A stretch of 64,000 nucleotides of DNA from a bacterium (lineage in GTDB: Bacteria; UBA8248). The first letter of the stretch is position 1, and each line of letters starts with the position of its first letter. The translations under genes were made by a program, and so were the position numbers. The stretch lies in assembly GCA_965225985.1 (NCBI GenBank), contig OZ245330.1, forward strand, positions 2,111,848 to 2,175,847, read 5' to 3'. Below the pieces are notes generated by a model. It was not told the DNA's origin, ran no database searches, and was given only the letters and a program-made list of their open reading frames with translations. This document shows positions 57,364-64,000 of this stretch, one piece after another.

Positions 57364-59735
57364 TCAATTCCCGGAGACTGCGGTCCTTTCAGCGTCGGCG
57401 GGAGGGGAAGCGCTTTCCCCCGCGTGTTCTCCCGCCGGATTTTGGGAAAATCCGCCGTGGGAGCCATGCAAGGTCGTTGCATCATTTCGGCGGGCCGGCG
57501 GAACCTTCCTCGAATTTCCGTTCCCCCCGTTTTTCCCGCTTCCGGCCAGGGCTTGGAGAGCGCCGGCGGCGGAGAGCGTCTTTCTCGCCTCCTCCCCGGC
57601 GTTCTGGGCGGCTTTCGCCACCCCTGCGATATTTTCGGAAATATCGTTAGCGCCCCTCGCCACGTCGTTGACGTTGCGCGCGATCTCGTTCGTGGTGGCC
57701 GTCTGCTCTTCCACCGCGCTCGCGATCGTGGTCGAAATGCTGTCGATCTGCTGGATGGTATCAGTGATCTGGGCAATGGCGTCGACGGCCGATTTGGTGT
57801 CGCCTTGGATCGCCTCGATCTTCTGGGTGATATCTTCGGTGGCCCGCGCCGTCTCCTTCGCGAGTTCCTTGACCTCATTCGCGACCACGGCAAAGCCTTT
57901 CCCGGCCCCACCCGCTCTCGCCGCCTCGATGGTGGCGTTCAGGGCGAGAAGGTTCGTCTGCTGGGCGATGGAGCTGATGACCTTGATCACGTTTCCGATC
58001 TCGGTCGAACTATCGCCCAGCTTGGTGATGTTCTCGTTCGTCTTGTTGGCCACTTCCACCGCACCGCTGGCCACCGTCGCGGCCTTGGTGGCGTTGCCCG
58101 AAATCTCCTTGATTGAGGAGGTCATCTCCTCGGTCGACGTCGCCACCGTGGCGATGGAGCTGCTCACCTGCTCACTGGCCGCGGAGGCCGTCTGCGCCTG
58201 TTCGCTGGTCTGATTTGCCCCGGCGGCCATCTCCTCCGCGCTCACGTTGAGCTGCTCCGCAGTTCGGCTCAGGGTCTTCACCAACCCATTGGCGATGAAG
58301 TATGCGATGACCACGGCGATCAAGATGGTCACAACCGTGCCTCCCATTACGATATTTTTGGTTCTATCCCCGGTTGTCGCGGCTTCCGCTTTTCGTTCTT
58401 CCATAAGCACTCTTTCGATGCCAACAAATTCACCCAATTGTTTGCGCAGACCGTCCATGAACTGTTTGCCGGTTCCCGCTTCAATCAGGGCTGTCACATC
58501 CTCCATCGTCGCCGTGACTTTGTTCATCTCCAGGCGGGCTTCGATCTCCGGCCCGGCGGCTTCCTTGACCCAACGTGCGGAAAGTTCCTCCACTTGGGTC
58601 AAATCCCTCTTGGCACCATCGATAACGTAGGCATTCGAGATGAGCCTTCCCAGCTCACTCAAAGCCTTCGCCACACCGGTTTGCCCGCTGCGATAAGGCG
58701 CAAGGGAATCATCCACGCCCGTAAGCAAGAAACTCCGGCAACCCGTCTCCATGTCCACTAAATTCTTGGCGACATTGCCGAAGACGTTCAACGCCAATAT
58801 TGCGTCGGCCTTGCGAAAGGCGGCTTCCAACCTATCCATGTGGACTCTGTTTTCATCAAAGATCTTCTTGCCGGCTCCCGCCGCCACGAATCTCTGTAAC
58901 TCAGAACTTTCCTTTTGCCCCGCAACAATCGCCTTCTTGATTTCGATGCCGACTTTTGCAACCTCGTTATCCCATTTCTGTGCCAGGGCCTGGATCTTAT
59001 TCAAATTCTCACGGGTGGCCTGCCTGTCGTAGGCGTTGCCGAGCAATCGGCGCAGGTCCGCGACATGCTCCTTGATAGACTTTTGCCCGTTGCGGAAGGG
59101 CTCAAGGGAGGCATCCAGACCCGTCAGCAAAAACCCACGTTGGCCCGTTTCCATATTCACCATGTCCATGAGAATCGCGGCCGTAAGCTCGCTCGCTTTT
59201 GCATCGTCGGCTTTCTGAAAAGCGGCGTCGAGTTTGCCGACCTCTACCCGAAATTCGTCGAAGATTTCCTTGCCGACGATCCTTCCCTGCAGCTTCTTAA
59301 AGTGAGCGGTGGCTGTGGCTCCTTTGGCCACCTCTCTTCGCATGGCGATCTCTGGCTCGGCCGCCTTCTGACTCCATTCGCTGATCAATCTCTCGACGTC
59401 ATCCATCCGCTTCACTTGCGCGGGGTTGTCATTCAGCAGGTTTTTTACGGCCGCGATCTTGTCGACCAGCGCCTTCTTTCCTGCGATGTACGGCTCAAGA
59501 AACTCGTCCTTACCCGAGATCAGAAACCCTCTTTCTCCGGTTTCCATATCAATTATCAGCCTCTGGATCTCCCCTTGGCCCTCAATCACCTCGTAGTATG
59601 CTCAACCCAACCGCTGATCTCGAGCAGCGAAGTGATGCTCATCGTGCTGACGACACTCAGGATTACCACCAAGATCAAAGGACTGGAACTCCTCAATATG
59701 ATTCTTAGCCTCAACCCCATATTTCTAAAACTCAT
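57364..59735 (-). pseudogene. Methyl-accepting chemotaxis protein with a triple CHASE3-like ectodomain; N-terminus separated by a 1-nt frameshift
   Basis: ORF 57364..59589 has 3 x METG.RGFL(I/L)(S/T)G...LEP(Y/F), a TM helix and the MCP signalling domain ([35 protein letters not shown]). ATG 59735 (AGGAGGAG upstream) encodes a TM helix plus ...SGWVEHTTR-stop. Adding 1 nt gives the CHASE3 HTYEVIEGQ junction. Confidence 0.85.
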
Positions 59736-59960
59736 CACGAACTCCTCCTGGTTGGCATTTTTCCCAAAGCGCGAACTTCATGATTAGTACGGTTTCCCCA
59801 CCTAGGTTTGCTCATGTGATTGCCTATTGCAGCACATCGCAAATCTCTCCTTAATTCCCCTATTTCTCCAGCAATATTCCCATAAACGGATTCCCTCCTA
59901 ATCTCCGATTCACAGAACAATTCTCCTTCATTATGAGTTCTTCACTGTCGCCTTTCTCAA

Positions 59961-60437
59961 TCAAGCCTCGAGCAGTAGGTCTACGTCCAACATCACCAGA
60001 AGCTCGCCCTCCAGCTTGCAAACGCCTTGGACGTACTCCGCGATCGTGCCGGAAACCGTCGGTGGCGCATTCACGATATCCTTTTGCGCAACGTCGAGGA
60101 CATCGCCGATCTCATCCACCATCAGGCTCACCGGCCCCTCGGCCGAGTTCACGACGACGTTCATCGAAGCCCGTTGATCCTCTCTCGGAGGCAGCCCCAG
60201 CCGGGCGCGCAAATCCAGCAAAGTGACGATCTGCCCGCGCAAGTTGATGAGCCCCGCCACGTAGTCCCGCGCCAGGGGAATCCGGCTCATCTCCTGGTAT
60301 TTCATGACTTCCTGAACCCGGTGCACCCCTACGCCGAGAAGTTGGCCTTTCAGGTAGAAGGTGGAAAACTGAATGGTGCCGTTTGCTTGAATGCCCGCAT
60401 CTGCTTCCTGTTTCGATTCAATCATTTCCGATTCCAA
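59961..60437 (-). CDS. cheW: Chemotaxis coupling protein CheW
   Basis: 158-aa ORF. FSTFYLKGQLLGVGVHRVQEV, VAGLINLRGQIVTLLDLR, VDEIGDVL. Confidence 0.9.
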   Translation of the reverse strand: MESEMIESKQEADAGIQANGTIQFSTFYLKGQLLGVGVHRVQEVMKYQEMSRIPLARDYVAGLINLRGQIVTLLDLRARLGLPPREDQRASMNVVVNSAEGPVSLMVDEIGDVLDVAQKDIVNAPPTVSGTIAEYVQGVCKLEGELLVMLDVDLLLEA

Positions 60438-60494
60438 CGGTGCGTCCTCCTTTTGTCGGAAACTTTTGTCGGGAACCCTCTGCTCTTCCGGCCG

Positions 60495-63474
60495 TTAGTC
60501 CTTCGGAACCGCAAAAATGCTGTCCAGATACTCCTTCTCATTTGATTCGGATTTCTTCGACGCCGCCCCTTTTTTCAGGAGCCTGTCGACAGCGTCGAGC
60601 ACCTCTTCTCGATCGATCTTCACGCGATAGTCATCCACACCCGCCCTCTTTCCGCGCTCACGATCCTCATCGGAGGCGAGGGCGGTAAGCGCCATAATCG
60701 GCATCCCCTCCCAGCGGCCCGAAGAGCGGACCCGCTCGGTGAGTTCGAAGCCGTTCATCCGCGGCATTTCAATATCGGTCACAAGGAGATCGAAATTCCC
60801 CCCATCTTTCTCAAGTTCTGCAAGAGCTTCCTCACCGTCGCCCGCTTCGGTAACCCTGTATCCCGCCGACTCAAGATAGGATCGTGTCAGCGTACGGAAA
60901 AAGGGAGAGTCTTCCACGATGAGAATCCTTCCGCCTTGCGAGCCGTTTCCTATCGAGAGAGGGGTCTGCCGCTTTTCAAACCATGTGGGGAAGTTGCGCT
61001 CGACGACGGAGAAAATGTCGATGAATAGGGTTGTCCGATCGTTCGTGATCCCCGAACCGAGGATGGCGGGCTGATCGAAAGTCTTCTGGTCCATTTCCAC
61101 CGACGTGTCGACGACATCAAGAATCTCCGTCACGATGAGCCCCACTTCCTTCTCCTCGAAGTTGAAAACGACCACGTTGAGATCATCTTCCGTCGGGAGA
61201 GGTGAGGAGATGGCGAGCTGATTTTCCAGCCTCAGCAGCGGGAGAATTCGTCCCCGGTACTGGATGACCTCTTTGCCGCCGGCCAAGCCGAGCCCCGATC
61301 GGGGGAACTTCTCAAGCCGGGATACCAGCGCCAAAGGAACGGCGAACTGCTCGTCGGGGGCAACCGAGAAAAGAAGCAGGGATTGGCTGTCCTGGCCCAG
61401 CTTGTCCGCCACCGCCTCATCCGTCTCGGTCCCTTCCACACCCTCGACCTCCTCCATCGTCATGTGGGCCTGCTCGGCCAGGCCGCTGGCGTCCAAAATG
61501 AGGACCACCTTTCCATCGCCGAGGATCGTGGCGCCGGCGTAGGCCGAGACCGAGCTGACGTGTTTGCTCAACGCCTTGACGACGACTTCCTCGATGTCGT
61601 GGACCTCTTCGACAATGAGGCCGAACTGCGTTTCGCCCGAGGCGAGAACGAGAATGTTCAAACCGGTGTTCGACTGGTTTTGCAATCCGGCCTGACCATC
61701 CGCCTCGACGTGGGGTTCCTCGTGCGCTTCGGCTTTCAGGAAGCCGTTTTCCTCCTCCTTCTTCTCTGCATCGAGGGAGAGGATTTTTTTCAAGTGGATC
61801 AGGGGAAGCAATTGCCCGCGCAGACGATAGGTTTGCGCCTCGCCCACCCGTTCGATCCGGGAGGCGACGCCCTCATCTTCCATCCTGACCAGCTCCAATA
61901 GATTTACTTGGGGAATCGCGAAACGATCGCCCGCGGAGGAGACGATGAGCGCGGGGACGATCGCCAACGTGAGCCGAATCCGGATACGAAGGGTCGTCCC
62001 TTTCCCCATTTCGCTGAAAAGATCGACAACTCCGCCAATCTTTTCGATATTGGTTTTCACGACATCCATTCCGACGCCCCTGCCGCTCAGGTTTGTGACC
62101 ACCTCGACGGTCGAGAAGCCCGGCCGGAAAATGAGCTGGTTGATTTCGTGGGGGGGGCATTTCGTTGGCTTGCGCGAGGGAGACCACCCCGCTCTCGATG
62201 GCCTTCGCCTTCACCTTTTCTGAATTAATGCCGGACCCGTCGTCGATGATCTCGATTACGACTTGCCCTCCCTCGTGGAAGGCACGGATGAGCAATTTGC
62301 CGGATTCCGGTTTCCCGGCCGCGAGGCGGTCCGCCGGCTTTTCAATTCCGTGGTCCAAGGAATTCCGGATAATGTGCGTCAGCGGGTCCTTTATGGCTTC
62401 AATGATAGTCTTGTCTAATTCCGTCTCTTCCCCTTCGAGCTTGAAGTTGATCTCTTTCTCGCAGGCCCGGGCCATGTCCCGGACGATCCGCGGAAATTTA
62501 TTTAAAACCGTGCTGACGGGCTGCATCCGGGTCTTCATAATCCCCTCTTGCAGCTCGCTTGTGACCAAACTGAATACCTGACAGGCGTTCGTCAGGTCGT
62601 TATTCTCCATCACGTTCGAAAACTGGACGATTTGATTTCGTGACAGGACAAGCTCCTCCACAAGGTTCATCAGCTTGTCCAGAAGGGAAACGTCCACGCG
62701 GATACTTGATTCCGCCATGGAGGCCGTAGCGGGTCCCTTCGCCTCGGCGGCGGGAGAATTCGCAGCCGGCGCCGACTCCACCTTGGGATCGTTGGGGGGG
62801 GGGGGGGGGGGGGGGGTAGCGGAAACCGGGACGGTGGTCTCCGCCGCAGGTGAAGCCGGCGCCGGGATATCTTCAGAAACGGATTCGGTATCGCCTGGAG
62901 GGTCCTCCGCCGCCGGGGCGGGGGGCCGCTCCTCCTCGGGATGCTGCTCCTGGGCCTTTTCGGTTGATTCCTCTTCCGCGTTCTCTGTCTTTGCCGGTTC
63001 GGATGTTTCAGGAGTCGTAGTTCCGTTCTCGGAGACATTTTCATCGGACTTGGATTTTGGGGACTTGGATTTCGGCACTGAACCATCCTCCCTTTGGCTT
63101 GCATCGCGTAATCTCATTACCGGATCGACGTAATCCGCATCGCCTTCGACACCGCTTTCGACTAGATTCGAGATGATTTTGTCTACTGCGTCGACGCCCT
63201 CAACAAAAATGGAGTGACGATCCGGCGTCAGCGGGAACTTTCCGTCGCGAACCTTGGACAGAATGTCTTCGCAAAAGTGAGCGATTCCCTCGAGAGTGGA
63301 AAAATTGAAGAATCCCGACGCGCCTTTGATGGAATGAATGCTGCGAAAAGTGCCCGCAATGAGATCCTGGCTTTCCGGGTCCTTCTCGAGACCCGAAAAA
63401 TTCTTGTAAATTGCCTCCATGTTTTCCTGTGCTTCCACCAAGAACTCGTGAATCACTTCATCCATTTCTGACAC
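60495..63474 (-). pseudogene. cheA: CheA-type histidine kinase with two CheW-like domains and a C-terminal receiver; interrupted by a +1 frameshift at a C8 run
   Basis: ORF 61873..63474 has Hpt (FRSIHSIKGASG), a Pro/Glu-rich linker, the dimerisation domain and the HATPase start (IRNSLDHG, IIDDGSGI). ORF 60495..62102 continues with SGRGVGMDVV, 2 CheW-like domains and REC (ILIVEDSP, VTDIEMPRMNG). The frames join as EMPPHEINQLIFRPGFSTVEVVTNLSGRG if one C of the run at 62149-62156 is removed. Confidence 0.88.
62794..62816. repeat. 23-nt G/C homopolymer inside the cheA linker (encodes Thr-Pro7)
   Basis: Uninterrupted G23 on the + strand. On the coding strand it reads ACC(CCC)7 followed by AAC GAT. 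Confidence 0.95.
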
Positions 63475-63729
63475 GAGCCTTCTCCCGTATTTTTGAGTTT
63501 CCGATGTGGTTTCCTATCAGGAAATGATTTTTCCAGCGCTGAAGCCCGGCTGCGCGAGTGCGGTTTCTTCGGTCCGATGACCTGCGGAGAAATAATTCAG
63601 CGCCGACATGCGCAAAGTATGTGAATAATTTCCGTCCTGAAACACCAGGGCCGCAACCACCGAAATTCCCTTTTCACTTTGAGACTGAAGTTCCGAACGC
63701 CCTGCCTTACGGGCGCTGACGCGCGCTGT

Positions 63730-64000
63730 TTACAAGGAATCCGCCGGGAGCGTCGCGCTCTCCATTCCCGTATCGCTTTCCTGCGGAATGGGCATGTCGA
63801 AGCGTTGAAGAAAATCGATGAGTTCTTCCAAAAGCACTCTTCGATGTCCGCTCGGCAGCTTAAAGGCCTTCAAATCCCCCGACTCGATCCACCGGATGAT
63901 GGTTGTGGGGCTGACGCCGCAGAGGTTGGCGATCTTACGCGTGGTGAGATAGCCTCCCCGAGGTGTTAAGGGGCGGGGTGCCTTCCCCCCCCATTTTTTC
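63730..64000 (-). CDS. Excisionase/MerR-like helix-turn-helix DNA-binding protein (5' end unresolved at the window edge)
   Basis: Minus-strand frame open to the window end: ...YLTTRKIANLCGVSPTTIIRWIESGDLKAFKLPSGHRRVLLEELIDFLQRFDMPIP..., stop at 63730-63732. ATG 63994 is out of frame by one nucleotide, across a G8 run (63985-63992). Confidence 0.6.
   Translation of the reverse strand, partial: KKWGGKAPRPLTPRGGYLTTRKIANLCGVSPTTIIRWIESGDLKAFKLPSGHRRVLLEELIDFLQRFDMPIPQESDTGMESATLPADSL

Noticed and set aside
57288-57560. A possible additional frameshift at the 3' end of the MCP. The alternative frame gives ...[14 protein letters not shown]... (ORF 57288..57911), which resembles the usual ...LVGRF(K/R) MCP C-terminus.
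   Set aside because: The resemblance rests on 5-6 residues next to G6/A5 runs, which is not enough to support a call.

Overview
A high-GC (about 60% by eye) bacterial chromosomal segment, densely coding on both strands, with no rRNA and no CRISPR array. Main blocks, in order: (1) 62-16333, an accessory-looking catabolic/import island. It has six tandem TRZ/ATZ-type amidohydrolase paralogues interleaved with two DppB/C-like ABC permeases, a family-5 solute-binding protein and a frameshifted PIG-L/LmbE deacetylase, followed by two cupin paralogues and a DegT-type aminotransferase. (2) 16340-17700, a lower-GC islet with a transposase remnant. (3) 18139-25613, housekeeping and redox genes: SDR, LLM oxidoreductase, FAH, tRNA-Gly(GCC), DmpA peptidase, a DsbA/FrnE-like gene with an in-frame TGA at the redox Cys (candidate selenoprotein), a DUF62 SAM hydrolase and MtaB. 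(4) 25946-29734, coxM/coxS-like subunits plus MoxR and VWA partners, with no large subunit. (5) 29829-34517, an OmpR-type regulator, glnA, then a four-gene cassette of two ferritin-like diiron paralogues and two small acidic proteins. (6) 34547-45896, cutA, meaB, a beta-oxidation set, and hemA-hemC-cobA/hemD-hemB with a ccsA-like gene. (7) 46337-51953, pyrD/pyrK, a class II cNMP phosphodiesterase-like gene and a class I adenylate cyclase. (8) 52526-63474, a chemosensory cluster: cheX, cheR, cheB, cheY, a REC-HK hybrid, mcp, cheW and cheA-REC. At least six genes are broken by 1-nt indels (several at homopolymers) or by a 17-bp tandem duplication. This could be sequencing error or real gene decay, and I cannot tell which from the sequence alone.
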